A stretch of 64,000 nt of DNA, from contig DATMDR010000061.1 in the NCBI GenBank assembly GCA_035557635.1, forward strand, positions 44,730 through 108,729, read 5' to 3'. Shown here piece by piece: positions 27,967 to 36,657 of this stretch. The notes beneath the pieces are model-generated. The model did no database searches and was not told where the DNA came from. It saw only the letters and a list, made by a program, of their open reading frames with translations. The first letter of the stretch is position 1; the number at the start of each line of letters is the position of its first letter. Source of the DNA: Solirubrobacterales bacterium (lineage in GTDB: Bacteria > Actinomycetota > Thermoleophilia > Solirubrobacterales > 70-9). Made by a program: the position numbers and the translations under genes.

Positions 27967-29572
27967 CCAGCAGGCCGTTATCTACGCAGCGAAGTCCACC
28001 GAGGACAAGCACGGCAGCATCCCCGATCAGCTCGTCAAGAACCGGCGACTGGCCGACAGAGAAGACTGGTCAGTAGCCGACGAATTTTCGGACGAGGGTT
28101 TCTCCGCCTACAGCGGCAATCGAGGGCCGGGCTTGGAGGAAGCCAAGGCGCTCGCAATTGAACTCGCCGAGCTACACGGCGAGTGCTTTCTTGTCGCTCT
28201 TCACAGCGACCGGGTTGCCCGTGGAGCTGGCGACGCTCCCGGCGCCGCCGATCATCTTGTTGAGGTCGTCGCCCACTTGCGCCGCCACGGCGTGCGGCTC
28301 CGTACGGTCGAGGACGACTTCTTTGCCGACGATCGCATCGGGCTTCTCATGGCCGCAGTCCAGGGACAGCGCAACAGCGAGGACAGTCGTCGCAAGTCCG
28401 AGTCGGTTAGAGCTGGAATGAAGCGACGCGCAGAGCGCGGCTTGTTCAGCGGCCCGGCTCCTTATGGATATGACTACGCGAGCGACGGTAGCGGCCTGGT
28501 GATCGTAGATGCCGAGGCCATCGTGGTACGTCGAATCTTCACGGAGTATGTCGCGGGGCGCAGCCTGTCTGGAATCGCAGTCGGCTTGCACCGCGACGGA
28601 GTCAAGACCAAGAAAGGCTCCCTCTGGCGACAGTCAACGGTCTCAGGCATCGTTCGGAATCACGCCTACATCGGCAAGGTGACTTACCAGCGCGAAGCTT
28701 TCGATGGAGTCCATGAGCCAATCATCGACTCCGAGCTTTGGGAGCAAGCATCGCAGCTCATCGCGGCCACTCCGACTAAGCGCGGCAGACCCCCGAAGCG
28801 GAAGCGCCACCTCTTCACGCACGGATTCCTCCGGTGCGGAACCTGCGGGGAGGCGATGGTCCCGCGTACCCGGCCGGAAAGCGGCTACGAGTTCTACGAA
28901 TGCAATGGGCGAAAGCTGCACGACTGCAAAGTCGGCGCAATCAGGAGAACCGACATAGACGAAGGAGTGCTCGCGCACTTCGAGCAAACGACGCTCGACC
29001 TTGAAGCTACGCGCGCGCAGATCGTCGCCGCTATGGATCGCAATGCGACCGAGGTCGAAGCCCTGCAAGTCGCCGCAGAGCAGGAGGCACAGAAGGCAGC
29101 AGCGCGCCTCGCCAAGGTGAAGCACGATTACACCCACGGCGATCTAACGGCTGCCGAGTGGCGCGAACTAAAGTCAGAGCTTGAGCCCGAAGCCGCCGCC
29201 GCCCAGGCCGAGGCAGATCGCCTGAAAGAGCAGGTTGCCGCCGTCAAATCAAGCGCTGCACTCGGCGATGCCGAATCCGAGGTTCTAGACCAGTTGGCGC
29301 AGCTCCGCGCCGCAGTTGCCGGGAAGGTATCGGCAGCAGACAGCATCGAAGCCGTCAGGGCCGTTCTGATGCGGCTCTTTGACCGATTCATTTTCCATTC
29401 CGAGCTTCCCGCAACTGCGCACGTCGAGCTAATCGGCTATCGCTATTGGATCGAGCCAGTGATGAGCGAGCGAGCCATCGCCGGCTACGACGAGAAGATG
29501 AAGCCGGTCCTAGCGCGCCAGCCGCTTGGGCAAGCCAAAAACAATTACGGCGTCGGCTCCCCGCCGCGGTAG
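27950..29572 (+). CDS. large serine recombinase (integrase)
   Basis: AGGAGG lies 8 nt upstream of ATG 27950. Resolvase catalytic domain AVIYAAKSTEDKHGSIPDQ. Recombinase domain, Cys-rich zinc-ribbon region (CGTCG...C..C) and coiled-coil C-terminus. The last 4-5 codons and the stop lie beyond the predicted crossover. Confidence 0.9.
   Translation: MQEQRSQQAVIYAAKSTEDKHGSIPDQLVKNRRLADREDWSVADEFSDEGFSAYSGNRGPGLEEAKALAIELAELHGECFLVALHSDRVARGAGDAPGAADHLVEVVAHLRRHGVRLRTVEDDFFADDRIGLLMAAVQGQRNSEDSRRKSESVRAGMKRRAERGLFSGPAPYGYDYASDGSGLVIVDAEAIVVRRIFTEYVAGRSLSGIAVGLHRDGVKTKKGSLWRQSTVSGIVRNHAYIGKVTYQREAFDGVHEPIIDSELWEQASQLIAATPTKRGRPPKRKRHLFTHGFLRCGTCGEAMVPRTRPESGYEFYECNGRKLHDCKVGAIRRTDIDEGVLAHFEQTTLDLEATRAQIVAAMDRNATEVEALQVAAEQEAQKAAARLAKVKHDYTHGDLTAAEWRELKSELEPEAAAAQAEADRLKEQVAAVKSSAALGDAESEVLDQLAQLRAAVAGKVSAADSIEAVRAVLMRLFDRFIFHSELPATAHVELIGYRYWIEPVMSERAIAGYDEKMKPVLARQPLGQAKNNYGVGSPPR
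29528..29565. other. attR-like junction of the integrated element
   Basis: Element arm CCAAAAACAATTACGGCGTCGG, then CTC (29557-29559), then the host coding sequence resumes (CCC GCC GCG GTA = G G R Y on the minus strand). Confidence 0.6.
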
Positions 29573-30117
29573 ACCAGCGGCCCGCTGTAGCCGCCCCCGC
29601 TCGCCATCTCCGGTACTGCCCCGGGCGCCGAAGCCGTGGCCGGCGCGGCGGCTTCAGCGACCGCCGAAGCTTCTATCTCGGTGCGGTCGTCACCTACGTC
29701 GAGACTGGCGACGATGAGCGCCCGAGCCCGCACCGGAGCGAAGGAGGAACGATCCGGAAAGTCGACCCGCAGCCGCGCCGGCGCGACGCCGTTCGCCTCC
29801 GCAGCCTCCCTCGCCGCGCCGCGCGCTCGCCACAGGTAGAAGGCCTTCGGCAGGTGACGCGGGTTCGGCAGGCCGTTGGGAAGGGTCGGCGGAGTGAGCA
29901 GGCGCGGCAGGTCGTCGCGCATCGAGCGTGCGGCCGAGATCGCAGCCAAATCTGCCGCCCGCTGCACCCGTCCCTTGCCGGTCACCGCGCCGGCGATGGC
30001 TACCAGCGCCAGCGCCCCGGCGAGCAGGACGAAGACGCCGCCCAAGACCAGCAGCAGCGCCTGCCCCTCCTCCCTGCGCGCGTCCATGCGCCCACCCTGC
30101 CCGGGGCGAGTGCACAT
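29557..30117 (-). pseudogene. 5' portion of the split gene: TadE/TadG-like N-terminal membrane anchor region
   Basis: EEGQALLLVLGGVFVLLAGALALVAIAG...RVQRAADLAAISAA matches the Flp-pilus TadE/G-like N-terminal pattern. The track ORF runs to 29545 through 4 element-derived codons (PTP then stop). Confidence 0.7.
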
Positions 30118-30149
30118 GTGGCGCGCTGAATCGACCTAAACAGTAAAAA

Positions 30150-31250
30150 ATGCCCAACCAACTGTTAGGTTTCCCCGCGATGCTAGGCGGCGAGCGCCGA
30201 TATCGACGGAACATCAGAGCTGGACTGAGCAAAGCGTTCCGCAACGCCGGCGAGATTCCGTTCGACGCAGACCGCGAGAAGCTGATCGTCTTCTCCGACC
30301 TGCACAAGGGCAGCCGCGACGGGGCCGATGATTTCTGGCGATGCGAGCGCGCCTACCACGCCGCCCTCGGCTATTACCTTGAGCAGGGACACACCCTGTA
30401 CGCACTCGGCGACGTCGAGGAGCTCTGGGAGTGCAACCCCGAGGAAGTGCTGAAGGAATACCCCGGCACGTTCGCCCTCGAGGCGGAGTTCCACCAGCGC
30501 GGGCGGTACCGCCGCTTCTGGGGCAACCACGACGACCTCTGGAGCCGACCCGACCAGGTCGGCAAGCACCTCTCCCCTTTCTACGGCGAGGGTCTGCAGC
30601 CGCTGGAGGCGATCAAGCTCCGCGCCTCGTTCGCCGGCGCCGAGGCCGGGACGATCTTCTTCGTCCACGGCCACCAGGGCACGCTCTTCAGCGACCGGCA
30701 CCGGACCGTCGGCCGCCTCGTCGTCCACCACTTGTGGCGACCCCTGCAGCGAACCTTCAAGTGGTCGTCCACCACACCAGCCACCGACTCGCACCTGCGC
30801 GGCAAGCACGACACGGCGATGTACGAATGGGCTCGGGACCATGACGAGCGGCCGGTGCTGATCGCCGGTCATACGCACCATCCGGTCTTCTGGAACGACT
30901 GGAAGAAAAGGATCGCCGAGGAACGCGAGCGGATCGAAGAGCTGCGTTGCGCCTGGCGCCCTCGCCCCGGCAAGCTGGCCAGGGCGAGGGCGACGTTCGA
31001 GTACAACCGCGCCACCTGGCGCTGGCCCGGACCGCCGCCGCGGACGATCGAGTCCCCCTGTTACTTCAACACGGGGTGCTGCGCCTTCGGGGACGGCGAC
31101 GTGACCGGGATCGAGATCGCCGAGGGTGAGATCCGGCTGGTTCGGTGGCCGGACGACTCCGATCGGCCACGACCGAAAGTCCTCGCTTCCGCGACCTTGT
31201 CCGAGGTGCTCGAGCGGGTGGCAGGCGCTACAGCGCCGGCAGCGTCGTAG
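30150..31250 (+). CDS. metallophosphoesterase (calcineurin-like)
   Basis: FSDLHKG, GDVEELWE, GNHDD, VHGHQG and GHTHHP motifs. Confidence 0.85.
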   Translation: MPNQLLGFPAMLGGERRYRRNIRAGLSKAFRNAGEIPFDADREKLIVFSDLHKGSRDGADDFWRCERAYHAALGYYLEQGHTLYALGDVEELWECNPEEVLKEYPGTFALEAEFHQRGRYRRFWGNHDDLWSRPDQVGKHLSPFYGEGLQPLEAIKLRASFAGAEAGTIFFVHGHQGTLFSDRHRTVGRLVVHHLWRPLQRTFKWSSTTPATDSHLRGKHDTAMYEWARDHDERPVLIAGHTHHPVFWNDWKKRIAEERERIEELRCAWRPRPGKLARARATFEYNRATWRWPGPPPRTIESPCYFNTGCCAFGDGDVTGIEIAEGEIRLVRWPDDSDRPRPKVLASATLSEVLERVAGATAPAAS

Positions 31251-31259
31251 ACGCCGGCC

Positions 31260-32261
31260 TCACCGCGCCCGCACCGACGCGACGGTTTCGCGCAGCGTCC
31301 CGCGAGCGTCGTGGTGCGGCATCCAGTGCAGCTCGCCGCGCGCCTTCGCGGTGTCCATTAGGACCGGGCGGCGGACCGCCTCGATCCAGGCCGCCTCATC
31401 AGGCAGGAACGGCATCAGCGCCACCGCCTCGGCGGCGGCGCCGACCGCCAGTTGCGAGGCGGGAACCGGCACTGCGTGCCAGCCGAGCTCGTGGGCGAGG
31501 TCGGAGATCGTCAGCCGCCCCGGGCCCGCCAGGTTGTAGACGCCGGGATCGCCGTGCCCCAGGACGGCGGCGCAGAGCGCCGTGGCGACGTCGTCGTGGT
31601 GGACGAGTTGGAAGGGCACGCCGGGGTCCGGCAGGACAGGACGCAGCTCCGGCACCTTGCCGAGCGCCCAGCGCAGCGGGCTGGGGATGCGCTGCCCCAT
31701 GGCCAGCAGGGGGATCACGTCTAGCAGCATCGTCGCCTGCGGGCCGGCGACGATGCAGGGGCGAAAGACGTAGGCGTCGGTGGCGGAGCCGTCGAGCGCC
31801 TCCGCCAGCTCCTCCTCGACCGCGGCCTTGTGCGCCGAGTAGGGGTGCCGCGCGGTCCCCTGCACCGGCTCGTCCTCGCTGAGCAGCTCGGGCATGCCAC
31901 GGCGGAAGCCGTAGGCGGCGACCGACGAGGTGTAGACGAGGCGCTTGGCACCCGCCGCCGCGGTGGCCTCGAAGACGTTGCGCGAGCCGCGCAGGTTGAT
32001 CTCGCGGCTCTCGTCGCCGCCGGCGACGATCACGAAGGCGAGGTGGACGACCACATCGGCCTCGTCGACCAGGTCCTCGACCGCCTCGCGATCGAGGACG
32101 TCGCCGCGCCGGTACTCGGTCTTCTCCCAGCCCTGCCCGGCGAGGTCGAATGGGCGCCGGGCCATCCCGATCACCCGATCCACTTCCGGCAGCCGCTCGA
32201 GCGCCGAGATGAAGGCCTTGCCGATCTCCCCGGTGGGGCCGGTGACTGCGACGGTCAGCAC
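31260..32261 (-). CDS. NAD-dependent epimerase/dehydratase family protein
   Basis: VTGPTGEIG Rossmann motif and YSAHK catalytic motif. 333 aa. Confidence 0.85.
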   Translation of the reverse strand: MLTVAVTGPTGEIGKAFISALERLPEVDRVIGMARRPFDLAGQGWEKTEYRRGDVLDREAVEDLVDEADVVVHLAFVIVAGGDESREINLRGSRNVFEATAAAGAKRLVYTSSVAAYGFRRGMPELLSEDEPVQGTARHPYSAHKAAVEEELAEALDGSATDAYVFRPCIVAGPQATMLLDVIPLLAMGQRIPSPLRWALGKVPELRPVLPDPGVPFQLVHHDDVATALCAAVLGHGDPGVYNLAGPGRLTISDLAHELGWHAVPVPASQLAVGAAAEAVALMPFLPDEAAWIEAVRRPVLMDTAKARGELHWMPHHDARGTLRETVASVRAR

Positions 32262-32656
32262 ACGACGATCTCTATCAAGTCCTCGAGTCCGCGGAGGTCC
32301 TTGGCGTTGCGGGCGTAGAGAGGGAGCTCGTTTGCCAAGGCGGTTGCGGCGATCATCAGGTCGACGATGCGAGCACCGCGTGCCCTACGGCCCGCCGCCG
32401 TCACCGCTGCATAGACCTGGCTGTGCGCGCGAGCGCAGCGTGAGTCAAAGAACAGCGTCTCAACACCTGCCTCGAAGATCTGCAGGCGTCGCTCCCGGCG
32501 GGCTCGCTCGATGTCATCCGAAGCGGCAAGCGGGCCGACGGTGAGCTCGGCCAGCGTCAGGGTCGAGATGGCCGCCTCTTCGGGAATTTGGTCGGGATCG
32601 ATCTCTCCGAGGGCGATGACGACGGACGTATCGAGCAGGCCCCGATCGTCGGACAG
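32255..32656 (-). CDS. PIN-domain toxin (VapC-like); start uncertain
   Basis: LLDTSVVIAL...TLAEL...IAATALANELPLYARNAKD PIN pattern. No ATG/GTG/TTG near the expected start. The upstream part of the track ORF is Ser/Arg-rich out-of-context sequence. Confidence 0.7.
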   Translation of the reverse strand: MSDDRGLLDTSVVIALGEIDPDQIPEEAAISTLTLAELTVGPLAASDDIERARRERRLQIFEAGVETLFFDSRCARAHSQVYAAVTAAGRRARGARIVDLMIAATALANELPLYARNAKDLRGLEDLIEIVVC

Positions 32657-32657
32657 C

Positions 32658-32918
32658 TCAGTAGCGAGGCGTAGGGTCCTGGTCGACGAAAGCGTCGATA
32701 TCTGCGCGGAACTTCTCGTAGTCGATGTGCGGCGCGCCCTCGAAGAGGACGAGGAGCTCCTCCTTCGGGATGAACTTCCGCTTGCGGCGCTGGATCGGCA
32801 GCAGTTCACCGACTGGCTTGCCGTCGCGAGTGATGACGAAGTCCTCCCCGTCATCGAGGGCGCGCATGACCTCACCACTCTTGTTGCGCAGTTCGCGCTG
32901 AGTCAGTTTCCGAGTCAT
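32658..32918 (-). CDS. Phd/YefM-family antitoxin
   Basis: MTRKLTQRELRNKSGEVMRALDDGEDFVITRDGKPVGELLP is a typical Phd/YefM N-terminus. Lies directly upstream of the PIN gene. Confidence 0.8.
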   Translation of the reverse strand: MTRKLTQRELRNKSGEVMRALDDGEDFVITRDGKPVGELLPIQRRKRKFIPKEELLVLFEGAPHIDYEKFRADIDAFVDQDPTPRY

Positions 32919-33522
32919 CTGAGCCACCGTAGCATTCGTGTTTGTTGACGACAAGACATTTCGCACAGTACTTCGGAAGCCCACCATGCGTGGGCGTCGG
33001 CAACACCCCAAACAGCGCTCGACGCGCCGGGACCCAGGCCAGCGGTCGCTTGAGGACCGCTACGCGAAGGCCTCGTTCGAGCAGGTCGCGAACGGCCAGC
33101 CCGGTCAGGGGGCGGTCGCTGGCGAGATCGGCCCTGAGCAATGCGCCGGTTGCCTCGATGCGAGGCTCGGCCAGCGTCGGCTGCAGCAGCGCCGGCGGCA
33201 GGTGGACGACCGCGATGGACTCGCGGACGAGCGGCAGCGCCGCCGGCAGTCGCTCGAGGCCTTCCTCGCCGGCAGGAAGCGTCAAGTGGCAGGTCTGACC
33301 GCGCGAGGCCGCGCGCGTCTCCGGCATGTGGACGGCAAGCCGCTCCTCGAGCCCGCGTGCTCCCGTCGATGCGACCAGGGTGGGGCGCGGCGGACGCCCA
33401 CCGACATCGACCAGGAGGCCCGGCAGGTCCGGCTCCGAGCCGGCGCAGGCGAGTGCCGCCGCAGCCGCCTTCGAGCCGCTCGCCTCCCCAATCCAGGTGA
33501 CCAGAACCACCGTTCCGTTCAC
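32872..33522 (-). CDS. hypothetical protein in the Tad-like neighbourhood
   Basis: 216 aa, 4-nt overlap with the upstream TadE-like gene. No motif recognised. Its 3' end overlaps the antitoxin start by 47 nt. Confidence 0.45.
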   Translation of the reverse strand: MNGTVVLVTWIGEASGSKAAAAALACAGSEPDLPGLLVDVGGRPPRPTLVASTGARGLEERLAVHMPETRAASRGQTCHLTLPAGEEGLERLPAALPLVRESIAVVHLPPALLQPTLAEPRIEATGALLRADLASDRPLTGLAVRDLLERGLRVAVLKRPLAWVPARRALFGVLPTPTHGGLPKYCAKCLVVNKHECYGGSDDSETDSARTAQQEW

Positions 33523-33851
33523 TTCGCCGGCCTCGCGAACGCGGAGCTAGTCACGGCAAGCCGCTCGGCGATGCCCGGCAGAGGAGACGGCGGGCGCAGG
33601 CGAACCGTGACCCGTCCGCCACTGACCGAGAGGCCGATCTCGTCCTCCGCCCACTCCGGCAACGCGGCACGGACAGCCTCCCTCGCGGGCTCGCCCGATG
33701 CCAGCGCCAGCGCTCCCGCCTCGGCGGCGCCGTCGGCCAGGGTCAACGCATACCCAGCGGCGAGCAGTTGCAGCGCGATCAGGCCGGCGAGCAGCAGCGC
33801 CGGCAATCCCGCGATCAGCTCGACCGTCGCCTGTCCCGACTCGCTACTCAT
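33519..33851 (-). CDS. TadE-like pilus assembly protein
   Basis: GQATVELIAGLPALLLAGLIALQLL N-terminal TadE pattern. Confidence 0.75.
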   Translation of the reverse strand: MSSESGQATVELIAGLPALLLAGLIALQLLAAGYALTLADGAAEAGALALASGEPAREAVRAALPEWAEDEIGLSVSGGRVTVRLRPPSPLPGIAERLAVTSSAFARPAK

Positions 33852-34200
33852 CGCCCTCCCCCAGCCCGGTCTCCGCCCCGACCGTCACTCGGGGCAGCAC
33901 CGGCAGCAGGCGCGGGATCGCCACCCGCACCGTGACTGCGCCCTCATCGCTCACCTTCGCCCCGGAGCGCAGCGGCGGCGGCAGCGCCCGCCGCGCCGCC
34001 GCCGCCGCGTCCCTACCGACGAGCGCGGCTCGCGCGCCCGCCCGCGCCGCGACTCCCGCCGACCACAGGGCCTGCCCGGCGAGCGCCAGCTGTGCCGCCA
34101 CCAGGAACGCCAGCAGCAGGAAGGGAACGACCGCGATCAGCTCGACCGAGGCGGTCCCCTCCTCCCTGTGGCCTGCGCTGCTGGCGGTCCGTGGCGGCAC
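33844..34200 (-). CDS. TadE-like pilus assembly protein
   Basis: EEGTASVELIAVVPFLLLAFLVAAQL N-terminal TadE pattern. Confidence 0.75.
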   Translation of the reverse strand: MPPRTASSAGHREEGTASVELIAVVPFLLLAFLVAAQLALAGQALWSAGVAARAGARAALVGRDAAAAARRALPPPLRSGAKVSDEGAVTVRVAIPRLLPVLPRVTVGAETGLGEGDE

Positions 34201-34274
34201 GCCGTGACCGTCGCAGCCACCGGCGCACGCGTGGTGCGCTCAAACGAACTATTCAGTCACAACTCTGTGCGAAC

Positions 34275-34625
34275 TCAGTAGGTGTTGGCCTCGACCCAGA
34301 TGCGCCAGATCGCCGCGATCGAAGCGCCGAGCAGCATCAGCCAGGCCAGGGTGCCGAGCCCGGTCGCAAAGAGCTCATCGGAGCCGGCGATCAGCAGCGC
34401 GATCATCCCCAGCGCTCCGTAAAGGATCGCCCGCCGTCCGTCGCTCAGAGTCGCCAGCGTCAGCTGGTTCTGGCGGCTCAGCACGTAAACGGTCCAGGCG
34501 ATCGCGGTCAGGAACGCCATCGTGATCGCGGTCAGCAAGGCATCGGCGGCGTTGCCCCCGCCGGGGACGAAGGCGACCACCAGCGCCAGGGCCATGACTA
34601 TCGCGACGTTGCGCAGCGTGCGCAC
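34275..34625 (-). CDS. small integral membrane protein
   Basis: 116 aa with 4 hydrophobic segments. Confidence 0.55.
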   Translation of the reverse strand: MRTLRNVAIVMALALVVAFVPGGGNAADALLTAITMAFLTAIAWTVYVLSRQNQLTLATLSDGRRAILYGALGMIALLIAGSDELFATGLGTLAWLMLLGASIAAIWRIWVEANTY

Positions 34626-34648
34626 AGCGTGATTGTACGAGGGCGCCG

Positions 34649-34888
34649 CTAGCCGCCGGTCATCACGACGAGGCCAACGGCGACGGCGCCGAAGGTCGCC
34701 GCCAGCGCGACGAGCCCAACGGTCGCCGCGGCCGCGGCGGCGGCGGGCCGCTCGCTGCGACTGAGCTCGATGAAGCGGGCCGCCCCCCAGATCGCCACCG
34801 AGAAGATGACCGTGACGCCGATGCCCGCGATCACGGAGGCTGCCACCGTCTGCAGCAGCTCGCTGGTCTCGACCACGACGGCCATCAT
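34649..34888 (-). CDS. small membrane protein downstream of pit
   Basis: 79 aa (MMAVVVETSELL...) with two hydrophobic helices. Starts 2 nt after the pit stop. It is the 3' part of a longer spurious track ORF. Confidence 0.5.
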   Translation of the reverse strand: MMAVVVETSELLQTVAASVIAGIGVTVIFSVAIWGAARFIELSRSERPAAAAAAATVGLVALAATFGAVAVGLVVMTGG

Positions 34889-34890
34889 CG

Positions 34891-35988
34891 TCAACTCGCC
34901 GGGAGCGGCGATCCCTGCTGCGAGCGGCGAGCGAACAGCGCCGCGCTGGCTGCCAGCGCGGCGATGCTGACGACCACCGGCCCGACGGCGCCGCTGCCGA
35001 AGATCTCGGTCACCGCGTACGTGATGCCCCCGAACGCCGCCGCCGCCGGCAGGGTCAGCAGCCAGGCCACCATGATGTTCCCGGCAACCCCCCAGCGCAC
35101 CGCCGAGAGCCGCTTGCCCGCGCCGGCCCCCATCACGCCGCCGTTGATCACGTGGGTGGTCGAGAGCGGGAAGCCGAAGTGGGTGGAGGAGAGGATCACC
35201 GCGGCCCCGGCGCCCTGGGCCGAGAACCCCTGGGCGGCGTCCATCTTGATGATCCGCGTGCCGGTGGTGCGGATGATCCGCCAGCCGCCGCTGTAGGTGC
35301 CGAGCGCGATCGCGGTCGCCGCCGAGACGATCACCCAGAAGGGCGGGTCGGCGTCCGCCCCGAGGCTGCCGTTGGCGATCAACGCCAGGGTGATCACCCC
35401 CATCGTCTTCTGGGCGTCGTTGGTGCCATGGGCAAGGGCCAGCAGGCCGCCGGAGACGAGCTGCCCGTAGCGGAAGCCGCGGGTCACCGTGCCTGGCCGC
35501 TGCCGGCCAACGATCCGGTAGACGATGCCGATCGCGATGCCGGCGACCGTGAAGGCGAGCAGCGGCGCGACGATCGCCGGGATCAGCACCTTGCCGATCA
35601 CCCCGTCGGCGAGCACCGCGTCGAAGCCTGCCGCGACCACGGCCGAGCCGACGACGCCACCGATCAACGCGTGCGAGGAGCTGGAAGGCAGAGCGAACCA
35701 CCAAGTGATCAGGTTCCAGGCGATCGCCCCGATCAGCCCGGCGAAAACGACGGTCGGGGTGATCACCCCGGCATCGACGACGTCGTTGGCGACGGTCGCA
35801 GCGACCGAGATGGAGATGAAAGCGCCGGCGAAGTTGAGCAGCGCCGCGATCGTGATCGCCGTCCGCGGCTTGGCTGCGCGGGTCGAGATCGAGGTGGCGA
35901 CCACGTTGGCGGTGTCGTGGAAGCCGTTGGTGAAGTCGAAGGCGAGCGCCGTAGCGACGACGATCACCATGATCACGTCCGAGCTCAT
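34891..35988 (-). CDS. pit: inorganic phosphate transporter, PiT family
   Basis: FTNGFHDTANVVATSI and AHGTNDAQKTMG PiT signature repeats. 365 aa. Confidence 0.93.
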   Translation of the reverse strand: MSSDVIMVIVVATALAFDFTNGFHDTANVVATSISTRAAKPRTAITIAALLNFAGAFISISVAATVANDVVDAGVITPTVVFAGLIGAIAWNLITWWFALPSSSSHALIGGVVGSAVVAAGFDAVLADGVIGKVLIPAIVAPLLAFTVAGIAIGIVYRIVGRQRPGTVTRGFRYGQLVSGGLLALAHGTNDAQKTMGVITLALIANGSLGADADPPFWVIVSAATAIALGTYSGGWRIIRTTGTRIIKMDAAQGFSAQGAGAAVILSSTHFGFPLSTTHVINGGVMGAGAGKRLSAVRWGVAGNIMVAWLLTLPAAAAFGGITYAVTEIFGSGAVGPVVVSIAALAASAALFARRSQQGSPLPAS

Positions 35989-35998
35989 TGGGTGACCG

Positions 35999-36619
35999 TC
36001 ACGAGTTCTTGATGACGATGCCCTCGAGAATCTGCGCCGCGGTCTCGGTGGCGTCGATCGCGTTCTCCAGCACGGCGAAGATGTCCTTCCAGCGGATCAC
36101 GACCATCGGGTCGATCCCGTTGGAGAAGAGCGAGGCGACGGCGTCGCGGGAGATCCTGTCTCCTTCGTTCTCGAGCCGGTGGATCTCGATCCAGTATTTC
36201 TCCAGGCCCTTGAAGTTCCGCAAGAACTCCAGCGCCTCGGCCAGCTGCTCGCAGGAGGCGACGAGCACTTTGGTCAGCGCCCCGGCCTGCTCCATCGGGG
36301 CCTCGATCTTGTAGAGGCCGAGAAAGTCGGCGGCCTCCTCCGTGTAGTCGACGATGTCGTCCATCTGCGTCGCCAGGCCGTAGATGTCCTCGCGGTCGAT
36401 CGGGGTGACGAAGGTGTGGTTGAGCCGCTGGACGATGTCGTGCGTGATCCGGTCGCCCTCCTGCTCGGCCTTGAGGATGTCCCGCCCGAGGCCGCCTGCA
36501 TCGGGCCAGGTGCCCATCATCTCGTCGAGCAGGCGGGCTGCGTGAAGGGCGTTCTGGCCGGCCTCTACGAAGAGCTCGAAGAAGGCGCTGTCACGCGGCA
36601 GGAGGGAGAGCCGGGGCAC
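35999..36619 (-). CDS. DUF47-family phosphate transport regulator (PhoU-like, Pit accessory)
   Basis: 206 aa helical protein with EGDRITHDIV...TPIDREDI and ENEGDRISRD repeats. Directly upstream of pit. Confidence 0.85.
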   Translation of the reverse strand: MPRLSLLPRDSAFFELFVEAGQNALHAARLLDEMMGTWPDAGGLGRDILKAEQEGDRITHDIVQRLNHTFVTPIDREDIYGLATQMDDIVDYTEEAADFLGLYKIEAPMEQAGALTKVLVASCEQLAEALEFLRNFKGLEKYWIEIHRLENEGDRISRDAVASLFSNGIDPMVVIRWKDIFAVLENAIDATETAAQILEGIVIKNS

Positions 36620-36657
36620 GGACTCATCCTATTGCTCGCCCCCGCCGCCTTAGAGGC

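Larger units (their letters stand above)
10924..29556. mobile_element. about 18.6 kb integrative mobilizable element (serine recombinase plus MobF relaxase, no T4SS) with RHS-toxin and NTase/E2 cargo
   Basis: Lower GC than the flanks. Recombinase gene abuts the right junction. Relaxase-helicase present. The flanking half-genes rejoin in frame. The joined ends form an imperfect palindrome. Confidence 0.7.

Noticed and set aside
32872-33522. Degenerate CpaE/ParA-like ATPase of the Tad system
   Set aside because: The position next to the TadE-like genes and the N-terminal VVLVTWIGEASGSKAAA segment suggested it. However, there is no Walker A (GxxGxGK[ST]) or other ATPase motif, so it is left as hypothetical.
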